From NCBI GenBank assembly GCA_002269645.1, contig NIVC01002431.1:1-37665 (forward strand): DNA of 37,665 nucleotides, given 5' to 3'. A program made the position numbers and the translations under genes. Shown here piece by piece: positions 10,946 to 32,392 of the stretch. The first letter of the stretch is position 1. Every line of letters begins with the position of its first letter. The notes beneath the pieces were generated by a model. It was not told the DNA's origin. It searched no databases and saw only the letters and a program-made list of their open reading frames with translations. This DNA is from Macrostomum lignano. Its lineage: Eukaryota.

Positions 10946-13645
10946 CTGATGAATCCATTAAGGGGCTTCTAACTCCTAAAAACAAGGTTTTAGCATTGGT
11001 TCAGTTTTTTGAACTGATTGAACTTCGAATGCTCCCTTATGTTCGCATCCTCTTATGTAATATTTTGTATACTAGCACTAAATAGTAAATAACTTTATCA
11101 ACCGCTGAACTTCTGAACTGTGAATGTCGAAAAGTAACGTTTAAAGACAGAAAAAACGGACATCAACCAGATACGAGCAACTTTTCTTGCTTTCGTTTTG
11201 CATTTTTTAAAAAATGTTTTGAATCAACTTCTGATAAAATTCTGAATCGACCTGAAGACAAAAGGTGTGCTGGCCTAATTTGCAATTCTGAAGTGAATTC
11301 AGAGTTAAAAAAACAAATGAACTTCATCATAGCTCGTAATTCTTGTTCTGCAGGCGAGAGAGAGAGGTAGAGAGAGAGCTCGCGTTTATCGAAGATATAC
11401 TCAGCAACATTGAAAAGTCGCCACTCTAAACGCCATGTGAGCGATTTCTCTTGGACTGTTCTGGAATAAAAGATACCAGAAAACTGATTGGTAGCTTTAA
11501 TCCGTCCCACCCTCGCACACTGCTCCCCCCCCACTTCATTCCTCAACTCAAGTCTGCCGCGGCGTAGCTACGAGTAAGTTGCGTCACTGGCAAAGATTGA
11601 GAGACTTTGCCTGCACTCTCAAAAGTGGCGATCACAGACAGAATCTTCTGTGATGGCGACTTTTCGATGTTGCTGAGTATATATTTATTTTTAAAGTCAT
11701 CGATTTGAAATCGAATTGAATGAAAATTGTTAAATTTGCCGTTTGCAAATAAATTTCCCATATGTTTCAATTAAATAAATGCGTGAGGAAAATCTTTTCA
11801 AAAAGAAAGTTCCTTTTCATTTTCCAAACTTCATAATCATGTTTCTTAGATGCCTTTTCCAGCACTGAGGAGCAGCATCAAGCCGGAAATGTGCTGTCCT
11901 TTCTTTGTACATGTTCCAGAGGAGTGATTAGCAGGTTTGCGAACACTGGTTGCTGCAGTGCCTTATCAAAAGCTCGACAAGGATAAGCTTTTAAGGCCGG
12001 GTCACCGCACCAGACGTTTAAAGAACGGCTTGCTGATAAAGAATGATCTTAAATCACAAGATTGCTCCGCAGGATCTTGACATCCGCCTGACACTGCGAA
12101 TCCATTACTTATTCTTGCAGTTTTTTCGTGAATTTTTTCTGACTTGAAAGAGCCTCTATTTGAGCAGAAATTCTCAAATAATGTTTTTTACCACAATTAT
12201 TTGTAATTTTTCAGCTTTGCTCGTAAAATTGAGTTATAGCGATTTGATCCAAGTCCGCGAAAGTCCATCAGTCACCTTTTGAGACGATCGGCAAGCAATG
12301 AAGCACTGCAAGCCTCCAAGCCCTGGACGCTGGGTCCTAATAAGTTCCGACCCTGTCAAACTCAATGCCACATTAGCCAGGGAATTTCTCCCTATTCCAA
12401 GCGCTTTGCCATTCTCTCAGAGCCATCTTTCTTCCTTATAAAGTCGCTCGTATATCAGGCTGCATCTGCAAACTGCACAGGCTTTCTGTCCTTTTATCCC
12501 CAATGCTGTTCCGGCCTTGATTTCCCAAGCGGGATTAGTCGAAGCGAAGACGAAGAGGAAAAAGGGGAAAACAGAGAGGGAGAGATTCGAGTATATCCTT
12601 TGATCCTAGAATAGAGAATAGTTTCTTTAAAATAATGGAAAGTTTTACAGTAAATTAGCAGCTTAGTGTGCGAAGTGAACAGTGTGTTGCCCCGTTCCTT
12701 CACAACCTCTGCGGCAGTTGCGCCTTGACCCAGCTACAGTCTTAGCGCAATACGAAAGGAAGCTCCAGCAAACCAATTTTACTGTGGAATTTGCTAATTA
12801 GAGCAATTTTTTTGTTTCATCTGCTTTGAAGGGCAGAAATATTTGACGTTTCATTTACAACCACCATGCAGTTTCGTCCTGGTATCATACTTCGGCTAGT
12901 CTTTTCTGCAGAAACAATGTCTCGAATAGTGAGTTCGTCAGTCGGGGTGTCCACTTTTCACCAAATTCAGCTGGTGTAAAAATATAGTGATTATTTATTG
13001 CATTTATTCCCATATTTTCTTCCGGCCGAAAACCGGAATGCCTGACAAACGGAAATATTCACTGAGCAGCATTATAAGGAGTAATGGGGTTTTCCGTGAA
13101 GAATAATACAACCCATCGGTTTACGCGTTTTAGAAAGCTTGAACAGCCAGGTGGGAACCAAAGCAGCTGATTGTTTTTTGTTCCGAAAATGAGAACAAAA
13201 TTCACTTGAAAAGCCTGTGGTTGAAGTGAACAGAAATTTCTACCATTCGGTACATTAGAAATAGTGACCAACAGGTTTGAAAGAAGACTGAACATACTAC
13301 TGGAAGTAGCTGAAAGCTAAGTTCGCTTTATATTTATTTTAACTTCCGACTGAAATGTCTAATAATAGAAAGTACGTCAAACTGTACACTTCTTGCTTTC
13401 TGGATTAAAAAGTTCAGACTTCAAGATCCCGAGCGTATGCTCGAGTGAGGGCCTTTCAGAACGGGCACTGATTCCCTTCTGTGACTCAGAGTATAAGGTT
13501 TGCCATAGACATAATGCAAGACATGCAGGGATTCGAGGTCTAACTAACATGCAACTGGCGCTGCTCGAGTCAACAAAACTTTGACAAGCTGTAGTCAAAC
13601 GAGTAGAATTTTGCAAGCCTTCAGAGTCGATTCAGAGCTCGCATA

Positions 13646-15922
13646 ATGCCAGCAGCAGCCGGCCAGCAGGCCAGCAAGACGGCCAGCACAATGACTGTAG
13701 CGGCCCAGGCACAGGAGAACCAAATGCGCAAAATGTTAACCCTATTCCGAGAGGAGAGTGCAAAGTGTGAGAACTGGAAGAGCAAGTACATTGCGGACAG
13801 CCTGTTTGTCCTTGGCTCGGGAGCGTATGGAAGCGTCTTCCAGGTGAGAACAGGCCATAAGCAATTTTGAGTCGCTTTTTTGTAGCTTAGTTTATTAAAA
13901 AATAATAATTACTCTTACTTTGCTATGGTGTCAAGAGTAAAACAATGTGTCCGGGCTAACCTACACAAAAACCTGCTTTAGGTCACAACGCGCCTCTACA
14001 ACAGCAAGCAAAAGCTGACAAAGAATCGCCAGATGTATCATCCGAACTTTATTAGCACCATGGCTTCTCAGCGCAGAGTGCGCCCGGAGATGCAGGAAAA
14101 GCTTAAGGATCCCAACCGGGACACCAGCCTGCTGGACATCGTGGCCATCAAGTATGAGATTCTGCAGCAAACTCACCTGGAGGATGGCGCCACGCGCTTC
14201 TTCTTATTTCTACGTCGCGAATTCATTGTGCTCGATGCACTCTGGCGCAAGAGCTTCCGCATCATGCACGGATTCCCGGCGGTGTTCGACTTTGACTATG
14301 TCGGTGACAAAGGACAGTTCGGAGTTAACTCAAAGTACCGCAACATCTTCACTTACTTGAATATTGAAGGAGAAGAAGTAAAGTTCTTCACCGACGTGCA
14401 CAATCGGAACCTGGAGAACGTCACAAAAATCTCTTACATGTCCATGGAACTGGTTGGCCCGTCTATCGACGATATTCGCTACTTCTACGAGCCGTGGTTC
14501 TCAGAAGTCGGCATGAGAACATTCTTTAATGTTCGCACCGCGTTCATGCTGGCTGATCAAATTCTCTGCAGGCTGCTGGTGCTGCACAGGAGCGGCTTCG
14601 TGCATCACGACATCAAGCCGGACAACATTGCACTAGGCAATGGTCGCGCCATGAATGTTGTCTACCTGCTAGATTTTGGATTTGCCAAGCAGGTAAGGCT
14701 CTTATTGAAGTTTACTGTACTTTTATGAGGTCTAATCAACATGATACTCGCACGAGGTTTTGTCAGCTCGAGAAGTCTGATGTTTCTGAAACTTAAATAG
14801 TGAAGTTTAATGAAAATTAAAATGTCGGAAGTATTCTACTTCCGATTAGAAATTTTTTATTTAAAAAAAGCATCTCATACGTGCGTAGTGACAACAGTGC
14901 AATTCGAGGACTTAATTGTTTATTTTAAGGTGTAAACTCGAGCAAAGCCAACTCTTAAGGGCTTTTAACCCTTTAAAATTTGTACTAAAAAAATTCCATT
15001 CACCCAGGTGTCAAACAACCGTCCCCCTGAGTGGATGGGTTCGCGCAAGTTTATCTCGATAGACACCTACAGCGGTGCAAAGACAAACTACGCACAGGAC
15101 ATTGAGAGCTGGTTCTATCTGGTGATCTCATTTCTGTACGACGACCTGCCCTGGACAGACGATCATCTCACTGATCTGCTCGGCGATCAGGCTGACGAAA
15201 ATGCCCGCTGGAACCTAGTGAGCCAGATGAAGAAAACCTGGTGGGGCGACCCATCGGAGGCAACCAGCCTCTCAGAGACGTTCAAAATGATAGCGGGCCT
15301 GCACAGCAAAGAGATACCTGACATCAAGCAGATCATGGAGCAGCTGCACAAGCGGACTCGCGATCTGCGAGCAGTCATGCGCAGTCAGGACGATGCTCAA
15401 ACTCTCAACTTCGAGCTAGCAAACAACCAGTCTGCCCTCTTCAAAGGCTACATGAGCATACGAAAAGTATTATTGCAGATTTTCAAGCTACCGAACATCG
15501 GCGACAATGCCTATCTATGCGATGCCGAGTTCCGCTCTCTGTTGGAGACCCGAGAAGAAAAGAATCTGCCCCAGTTTGAATGGGATCCGAAAAACTATCA
15601 CTGGGAGTGGGACGATGACCACCACCGACTTTGGCATCAAGATGGGGCGGCAAAAATCGATGCGAACAACGCCGAGGACGTGCAGAGCTTCAAAAATCAA
15701 CACAGCAGCTACGGTAGGATTGACGCTTTGCGCTCGCTTCTGGTCATGGACAGAAGTAGCCGCGTTGAGCGACCGGACGAAATCAGTTATGTATTTGACC
15801 GGGAGAGCGGCCTGCTCCGACCCAAGGCGTCTGGAATGCGACGTCTTGGCCAGCCGCCAGTGCCCTTCCATGCCAATCTGTCAGCGACACGAGACTATGA
15901 AGGCGACTGGTCAACAATCTGA
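13646..15922 (+). CDS. Divergent casein kinase 1 (CK1/TTBK group) Ser/Thr kinase, about 607 aa; exons 13646-13843, 13982-14692, 15008-15922
   Basis: Motifs in order: LGSGAYGSVF, IVAIK, alphaC Glu (RREF), MELVGPSIDD (CK1 MELLGPSLED), TAFMLADQIL (CK1 TVLLLADQMI), HHDIKPDN, VYLLDFGFAK, GSRKFIS (CK1 GTARYAS), DIESWFYLVISFLYDDLPW (CK1 DLESLGYVLMYFLRGSLPW). Both introns are GT-AG, phase 0 and frame-preserving. Confidence 0.9.
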
Positions 15923-16924
15923 CAAGTCTTTGAGTTCACTCTTGTGTTTTTACCTATTTATTCTCGACCATCTGCTCTCTCTTTCATCACTTGTGGCCAT
16001 GATAAAATTGCATCTACTGCAATTTGCATTCAATATGAAAGGCTTGTTAGACGACCAATAAAATCTGGATCGCGGCTTTCTCTTTTCAAGCGCCGTTAAG
16101 TTTATGATTTGAGACGCATTCATTCCGGCTCAGTCAAAGTTTTGAATACATTTATCAGGAATTTTTCTGCTATAATTTTGTAACAAGAGTTCAGCTCGAT
16201 TATTTAAAGTCACGGAATTACGGTAGCTTGCTCGGAAAGATCAGAAGTTCAAAATAATGGTTATAAATTATACAGTTTCATCTGAGTGGCATTTTCTGAG
16301 TGGACTAAACATCAAAATTGGCCTTGGTCATGAAGTGAAAAATGCATTTCGTCACCTTTCATTTGGAATTTCAACACGGAAAGTGTTTGCTATCCATCGC
16401 AGCCAGCTCTGGTGCTAAAGTGAGTCCCCCATTTCTCATTTTATTTGGTCTGTGTAAACAACTCGCAGGGGTGTCGCACTCGCGCGGTCGCACCGGCTCC
16501 AAACAAAGCCTGCGGTGGCCACTTAAAGAAATCCCCTTCGTTATCGCCTCATCCTCTTCAGGATGCGTGACTATATGAGCAAACAAAATCGATTTCGACT
16601 GCATTCTGCCGTAGTGTCTAAGCCAGCGGAGGATTAACTTAATCGTATGGTTTAGTAGTTTTAGTGCATCCTTGAGCTCTTGCGTACACAGGCGTTTGTC
16701 TAGCGATCATTCAGTTTAAAATTCCGCCCGTGTGCTGATTCGAAATGATGTAAATTTATACAAAAATGAGTTGACTCACCATGCAGGTGAAGCTTTCTCT
16801 GAAAGTTTCTTATCTCCCCAGGTGTTGATGCAGTCAAGTTGATTTATTACCCTTTATTAAGAATATTTCATTGGGATTTGGAAAAATTTCGACTATAGAT
16901 TTTTAAATTTCAAAAAACATTTTA

Positions 16925-17132
16925 CAGGCAGGGGCTGTGTGCACACTGGCGCACTTTAAGCGACATAGGCACACAACCGGCGAGAGGCATTACTGCCTAT
17001 TCCGCCGACTCCCCTGAGCAGGCACACAAGCGCGCGGATACGTACGCAGTCATACGCACAGACACACACTCACACAGGAGTGTACAGTGGCCCTAACTTT
17101 TTTTATCGTTAGGCATGCACACTATGTACACT
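16925..17132 (-). mobile_element. SINE-family 3' body, diverged copy D
   Basis: Reverse strand reads gtgtgcatgcctaacgataaaaaaagttagggccactgtacactcctgtgtgagtgtgtg..., homologous to 572-801. Confidence 0.6.
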
Positions 17133-18477
17133 TCGAAAGCGCTTGACATCTAGAGTAGCAGGAGAAGCATGCGTTAATTTTAAGCATCCTTTCTCCAGGA
17201 AAATGCTTTCCAATGTTGACTCTTTTCAAAGGTTGCGTTAGACTACCTTCTACTCGTAAATTAGTTTAGGTAAATACAAGCAAGACCAGGGACAACTAAA
17301 ACAGTTGTCCCTGAGCAAGACGTAGAAACTAACTGGTATTCCAATTAGTAGTCATGGTCGCTTACAGGGCAAAAAATCGACCATGAGGATTCCGTGATAG
17401 AGAGCATTCAAATCTTTACTTGGTCGTCAAATTTGAATTTGTGACTAATTAAATTGATGAGTATTCTATTGTAAATTGTAGTAATCAACTAAAGCTTATG
17501 TTGCTTGATTGTCACGACCTTGTTTACAAGCAGCTATTTTTATTTTAGCTCGCTATGCTAAAAGCCTATTGCCCTTGGTTATCAGTTGATTTATCAATAG
17601 TAAGTCCTAGTACTTTTAGATGTTGCTTTTAAGATGAATTCGGAAATTTGTGTAGAGACTGAATTTGTCGATGAATTCACGGCACCTTTCCAGGCTCGGG
17701 TTAATTTCCACGAAAATGTTTGCCCCTGCGCCGTGCTGCTTCAATTTTCTGCAGAGTACTTCTGAATTTACACTGTTGACATGTTGGAACTCTGTATTTT
17801 TTGGTGAACTCTCATCAAATGTCAATTTACTGGTCAAAATAAGTTGAGTACAAACTGTTGAGTAGCATTAATGATATTTTAGCTCGTTAAGTTACGAGTA
17901 GTTACTAGTTCTCTGTGTGGAAAGTGCCACAGGAAAGTGGATTGGTTATCCTGCAATTTAAGTAATAATGGTGCAATTTATGGTACAATAAAATTATATT
18001 TAAATACCTGTTGGGGGCAGTCTAAACAGCTGCAGACGAGCGCTAGCTTGAATAAAAAATCCTTTAGAGGGGCGGCTGACACAAGACTGAGATTTCACAA
18101 CGACAGAAAACTACAGGTGCTCGGGAAAGTGAGCGTTCCTTTGATGATAAATATTGCCTGTGCTTCTGAAAGCGGTACACAACATAAAAAATATCAAAGT
18201 AACAATCACACAGACAAGTGGATCAAACGATGGTGCCAGGGATTTAAGAAAATAATTTAAGAAATTTCTTGCCGGCCTAAAATAGCTAATAGCTAAATTT
18301 GCTTAAGTTAACGCCGGTAGAACACAGTTTGATCATATTGGAAACCAGACAAACATAGAAATACGTGGAGCAAAGTGGTGACAAAGGTTGGTTTACCAAA
18401 CGAATTCAACAGATTACATTCACGAGAGTATATGCATGACATCCGATCAAAGTTCAATTATAGGTCCAGTTAACTCT

Positions 18478-26505
<8,028 letters not shown>

Positions 26506-26749
26506 GACTTCGAGAGGAGATTTCGTCCCTGTCTAAGTGCGATGCAAAGGATAATGAAGTTGACAGCGGAGACAGAGCAGGACAAGATACTCAAGGATTT
26601 TTAAAAGCGCCTGGCTTGACTGTCATTGGACAGCGTGCTCAGCAGCCAATACAGTCGCCGGAAGTGGAAATTCCCATTGGTAAGTTAATTTATTAGTTAA
26701 GTTAATTTGACTGCCATTTGATCGCGGGAGTCACTGCTTGGTTTTACTT

Positions 26750-26842
26750 AATAAGTTAGTTGGTTACAAAGTCGTTAGTCAGTTAGTTAGTGAGTTACTT
26801 ACTTACTTACTTAGTCAGTTAATTAGTTAGTTAGTTAGTAGT
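26750..26842. repeat. Imperfect (TTAG)n/(TTAC)n microsatellite
   Basis: ttagttagttag and acttacttactt runs. Confidence 0.7.
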
Positions 26843-28981
26843 TAAAATTCAAAGCCTAGCATTACCAGTCTGCTAGTATTCGTTTCAGCTCGTATCAGCG
26901 AGTTAGGCAGCTAGCCCGTCGCAAGCTTTTGCATGTTGCATAAGATGAAGTGAACAGTATGCTCAGCAAGTCTCTGTGGATGCCATAGTGATGGGTACCT
27001 GTTGAAAATCCGGTTTGAGAATTAACAGATTTGACCAGACCAGAACTAGAGATCTAGAGTACTAGAGTTCCAGAATATATAAGGATCTACGCGGCTCGTA
27101 TACTAACGTATTTTTGAAGTTTTAATTAAATAACTGCGTCTGGAGTTTCGTGCTCATGCAGATAATCACATGAACATATCTTGAGAGAAACAAAACACTC
27201 AGGTGCACATGAGCTTCTTTGCTTTACTATCTTGCATCGTAACAGATGATTGGGCTACTTTTGATCGTTTCTTTACGAGTCCTAAAGAGAACGTATCGAG
27301 AAGCATTTTGAATTTTGTAATTAATAGATGGGAAAAAGTGCTCAGCGATTGTGGCGAGCAGAACATAAGCCGTGTACTCAGTAATACCTGCTCCTTAGAT
27401 ATGAACTAATTTCCACCGCTCAAGACGTAAGGATGTAGGAAACACCAATTGAGTAGAATTTCCGAGCAGAAATCTACCATGCCACGCAAAGAGATGAACA
27501 ATTGCTGATTTCGTCCCCAATGTGATAGTTCGATTGCGCGCGCGTCCCTTACCACACTGGGATTGGTCGATTGAGTCGGCTAAATCACTAAGAAACCTAT
27601 AATGTTGTCGTCAAGGGCAGCAGAAATCGGATGTCTGCTAGGACAAGTAAACCAGACGTGCAGATCTGGATTTTTGCAGTTAACTATTTTACAAAATCAA
27701 ATCCACTTTTCCTATATTTTTTATTCACAGCCTGAAAGATTGAGTGCAAGAGTTTCCAATTGTTTCTTGTAGGCACTTTAACAAAAGGTTTTCCACCCAA
27801 AAAGTGGCTTCGTTACGAGCTATAATGGCCAATATTGTTCGCACCGTCTGGCTGATATCATCGACTGCACGCACCATTGGATGTTTGCATCTTTATCGGA
27901 TAGAAGGCTGCACATACATCCTCCTGAATAATCAGTACCCAATTTAAAAAAACCAGAACGAGTGACCTCCTGAGCGTCGGGCTTCGTGCCAACATCCTTC
28001 CTCCCTTCCTACGAGTTGGAGTCGTAGAGTGCGCTGGTGAGGTCATGGAAGGAGTGTTCAAATGTAGAATATAGATAGAGGCTCAGAAATGTTTAAATGC
28101 TCAAATGTATGACCTGATCAGGTAGGTTAATGCCGACTTTAGAATAGTAGAAATGCAATATCTATGGGCTGTCGGGGAATCCAGAGCTAGCTTCAACTCG
28201 TCTAGCAACAAAAAACATTATGGGATCCGAAATCTCCAGACCCTGCATTGCCCATTGCTCCTACAATGCTTCTCATAAAAGAGGAAAACTCGGTTTTAAC
28301 TGATACCACTGAGTTTTTTGCAGCGTTTAATTATAGCATCCAGCTGTAACCAGACCTATCGTGCTGGCTGAAAACTGAGTAGGAAGACCAAGACGCCTAT
28401 CCAGTGTGTGTAAAATATTAAAAAAGTAATTAATCCAGAATACAAGCGTTGCATAAGCAGCACGCATATAATTCTATTTCAGTAGCATAAGATTTTGCCT
28501 TGACTTTGCACTGGGCAAAACGGTGAAACCCTGACAAAACCAAAGGCGAGTCTTTTGGTACAAAAAACGGCGTCTTTTTACCATATTGGGGTATCTGGCA
28601 GGCAGTACGTTCTTGGCGCAGACTCCCATGCGATCCATCACGGATTGAAGTGCATAAATAAGCAATGCATGTGGTGCAACTGACAGAAACGGTTTCGTCC
28701 TGTTTCTGTCAGTCTTATACTACCAATACACTCGGTAGATCCCATCTCCATCTCTCGTACAAATCCTTGGGAAACAAATGCACCTTGTGGTGCACCTCTC
28801 CAGATCATAATTGTAGGTGTGCAGTCAGCAACGCTGCTCTTTCTAGGAAATGATAGAAGTTTAAAGAGAGAGCAGAAAGTCGCGTTCCTTTTGAAAACTA
28901 CTTTGCTGCTAGTACTCATACTCGTGATTCATGAACAATGACAAAAAAGGTAGATTTTTATTCTGTATCTTTGTTGAATAC

Positions 28982-29048
28982 TGGCCAAAATACGACCAGT
29001 TGCTCAACAGAGCTACTGTACATAAACAAGTGATGTAGGATCACCTGG
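28982..29048 (+). repeat. 67-bp direct repeat, left copy (right copy 32393-32459)
   Basis: tggccaaaatacgaccagttgctcaacagagctactgtacataaacaagtgatgtaggatcacctgg; 5 mismatches versus the right copy. Confidence 0.9.
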
Positions 29049-29154
29049 AGTCTTGCTAGGGATTGGCGCAATCGCTTAGAGAGAATGGACATACGAGCGT
29101 ACATACGTTCAAAGAGTAGTAGTAGTCCTTGAGGGCTTCTCGAGATTTTCCAGC

Positions 29155-29376
29155 ATGAAGGAATGCGGTGGAGTGCTGTCAGCGTCTGGTGGCAACACAC
29201 TTGATGGCATCAACAAATTGATAAATGCAAGAGCGCCTAAAAAGCGAACGCAGCCACCGGTCTGTTTCGACTTCAACAGTCTTAGCGGCTGCAACAGAAC
29301 TCATCAGTGCCGCAGGTGCTCACAGCCGCACTCCGAGGCCCGAGCATACGCTGATGAAGACTCGGGCCAACTTTAA
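29155..29376 (+). pseudogene. Gag C-terminal Cys/His knuckle remnant of the YR retrotransposon
   Basis: VCFDFNSLSGC...HQCRRCSQPH resembles the CxxFN...GC...HxCxxC...H motif of DIRS/Ngaro Gag and lies directly upstream of RT. Confidence 0.65.
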
Positions 29377-29463
29377 AAAAACTAGCGTGTGAGGTGGGGG
29401 CACAGGACTCAAGGTCTAGCTCCGGGTCACCCTCCTGTGCCCCACGGGGGATCTCCCCCTTAA

Positions 29464-30790
29464 GTGACCCCCAGTTCAACAGAGTTGTCGAGCGACCTTG
29501 TCTTTGCGGTTTGGCGGGAAGAGCTGGCTGGGACCGAGATGCTGGAGGACCAGGTCAGGTTCGAGCTCGATGGTGTGAAGAATGGCTTCCGTATTACTAA
29601 TAAGGTGATGGATTATAAGAACCACACTGAAATGACGAATCAAAGATCAGCTACTATTCACCAACAAGCTGTTGAGGCCCAAGTGCATCAGGAGCTTGAG
29701 CAGGACCTCTACAGGCGCTGTCAGGCAGGCAATCGGCCGCTAATTGTAAGTGCACTTGGTGCGATCCCTAAGGCGGACTCGTCTTCCATCCGCCTTATTC
29801 ACGACTGCAGCCTGCCAACTCGCACCTCAGTCAATGATTTCTTAGAGTCGAAACGGAAGTTGCGTTTTACATCTGCCAGCAACTTTGCCTTGAAGCTGTA
29901 TAGCGGCGCGTATATGTGCAAAGTGGACTTGTATCGTACCGTTCATGTGGAGTGTACCCAGATGACCACCGGGTCACAGGCATGAAGATTCAGCTCCATG
30001 GCGAGGGCCAGCCAGCCATTGAAGCCTGGGTTCTACGCTATCAAGGCCTACATGGATGACTTCGCCTTCTGTGGAGGTCAGGAGTCCTGCTAAAAGTTCT
30101 ACAATCATCTGAATCGATCTGCTGGAGCAGCTTGGATTCACCGTGAAGTGTGTTCCACACTTCACGATTGTTTTTCACACTGTTTTTCAGGATTACTGCA
30201 TCAATTACAAGGAGGCTGTGGTTATCTCGCTGGCTTTTTTGAGATGACCCCAGTCCTTGGTCGGGTGTCGGCTGGCTGTCGACTTATGTCGACTTACAAG
30301 CTGCATCAGCCTCATGTCAGGGTTCTTGTTAGCCCCTCCGTGGTGCGTCTCCTCTCCTGGTGGCGTCTGGCTTTGCAGCATCGCATCGGTGTTGGCCTGT
30401 AGACTTCGCTGAGGGCTTGTGTTGCCATGGAGACCGATTCATCGTCTTTAGGTGACGCAGCGGTGCTCCGTGACGGTGATGGAATTCGTGATTGGTGCTT
30501 CATTGATTTGCAGACTGACGCGAATGGTGTTTTTCAGGATTACTGCATCAATTACAAGGAGGCTGTGGTTATCTCGCTGGCTGTTTTGAGATGACCCCAG
30601 TCCTTGGTCGGGTGTCGGCTGGCTGTCGACTGCGACAATGAGACGGCGTGTTGGATGCTGAGGCGAGGTGTCTCCAGGGACTCGCGGCTGATGTGGTTGT
30701 TGCAGGCTGTTACGCTGCTGTGTCTGCGTTTCGACGTTGAATTTGAGGTCTTTCACTTTCCTGGTGCCTATCAGCTGTTTTCTGATGCGG
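29464..30790 (+). pseudogene. Reverse transcriptase-RNase H pseudogene (Ngaro-like)
   Basis: DGVKNGFRI, IVSALGAIPK, IRLIHDCS, SVND, YMCKVDL, and YMDD at 30049-30060. RNase H: ETDSS, INYKE, DCDN, SRDSRLM, HFPG..SDA. Contains stops, frameshifts and a deletion removing the LPFG region. Confidence 0.85.
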
Positions 30791-30939
30791 GTCCCGCTTG
30801 CAATCATGTCATGAGTTGTTTAGTTTTATTTTCTGTGTTTTTGGCTCGGTGCAAATTTCCCTGTGTAGTTTTCCGATCACGCGTTTTCTGTTTTTACTTC
30901 CTGTTTTTTTATCTTCACAGGCCGCCTCCCTGCAACGCA

Positions 30940-31785
30940 GACCCTCGGCGCCGCCACCTCCGGCCTCCTCGCCGCAACATACGCACCGCAGTCACACAGG
31001 GCAATCTCATCGGCCGTCCGGTCCTGGCGCAGTTATTGCAACGAGAGCTGGACCAACCCGACTTGATACGACTGGTCGGTGCTACTTAACCACCTGGCTC
31101 ACCTAGTCGAATGCCCCCTGAGATCGTTCAACAGTCTGCGTGTCCACGTCAGTGCACTGTCCAGCTGGTTCAAAACTTGTGATGATGCTGAGGACCGAAC
31201 AAAAACCACCTGGTCTGACTGCTCGTTCGCGTCGCCAAACGGAGGTTGGGCCAGCGACCAAGACAGAAGCTGCCGGTCTGTGAGGAACCAACTTAATTCG
31301 AGCAGTTCGCTTGATACAGTCTGCTGGCTTGTGACGCCGATTGCTTGGTGGGGGATTTTTTGGCGTTCCAGTCTCCTGCCCTGCCAGCAATCCGGTTCAG
31401 CGATCTCCGTCTCAGCCTTTAAATACCACCCGAAGAGGGTTGTGCTCTCCGTCAGTTATGGCAAAACGAACCAGTTCGAAGCGAGGCTGCACCGAGTGTT
31501 GCTTCCAATGCTAAAATAAGGGCATCCGCTTTGCCTGGTGGCCGCGCTAGAGAGTCACCTCCGCATCAGCAAGCTTGGTGGCAGGCAACCTGTGTTGGCG
31601 AGCGGATCCTCTATTGTCCTGTCTGCCTCAAGATTCGACAGGTTCCTCAAGCGTTGCCTAGCAACTGTTGGGTAGGACGTTCGACCGTTCTTTCTCAGCG
31701 CACAGCTTGCGCAGAGGTGGTACTCTGTTTAAGAGGTGAAATGCATCGGTGACTGGCGAAGTGATGCTGTGACTGCCTACCTTCC
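30940..31785 (+). pseudogene. Tyrosine recombinase pseudogene
   Basis: N-terminal SAM-like part (SAVRSWRSYC...SLRVHVSALS), QKLPV, WRSSLL (Arg), GKTNQF (Lys), HPLCLV, AHSLRRGG (His at 31701), IGDWRSDAVTAY (Tyr at 31778-31780). Interrupted by stops and frameshifts. Confidence 0.85.
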
Positions 31786-32392
31786 ACTGCCTATGCAGAT
31801 TCTCTGCTGAAGCTGGTTCGCATATTGCTGGCGCTTTTTAGAGAGAATTGCCTTTGAGTGACTTTTACTCGTGATTTCAAGGTTTTTATATTTCTACTCT
31901 TATCCCCTGCCTTAATTTCCCCTTTTTTCGTTAATTTTCTCATTCGTTCATTTATTTGTCAGTTTGGCCTGGGGGTGCATGCCCTAGCTTTTAATTGCCT
32001 CACCGTCGCCACAATCGGTTTGTCTTTGCCTCCCTTAATTAACTAATATATCGGTTTGCGCGAGCCGGCGAGGGCTAACCGCCTTTAATGCAAGCAAGGG
32101 GGCTGTCAAGGTCCATTGTATATAGCTACATACGTGGTTCTTGGGGGCTGTTTGGGTGTTGGCTGTCAGCTTGGGTTTTTGGGTGCGTTGTGCATGCCGT
32201 GTGCCTATTGAGGCCGCCACCTATGCGGCTACTATAAGGGTTTGCTCGCGTTTGGAATTTTTTCTCGTCAATTTTAAATCCTCTCTAATCAATTTGTTTC
32301 AACAATACCATTGACCGACTTGGAGTGCACCCCTAGCTTTTCATTGCCTTGCCGTCTTCACACTCGGTTTGTCTTTGCCTCCCCTTCACTAA

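Noticed and set aside
11860-12620. Possible small exons between the tetraspan and kinase genes
   Set aside because: Short open frames with no recognisable motifs and no consistent splice chain.
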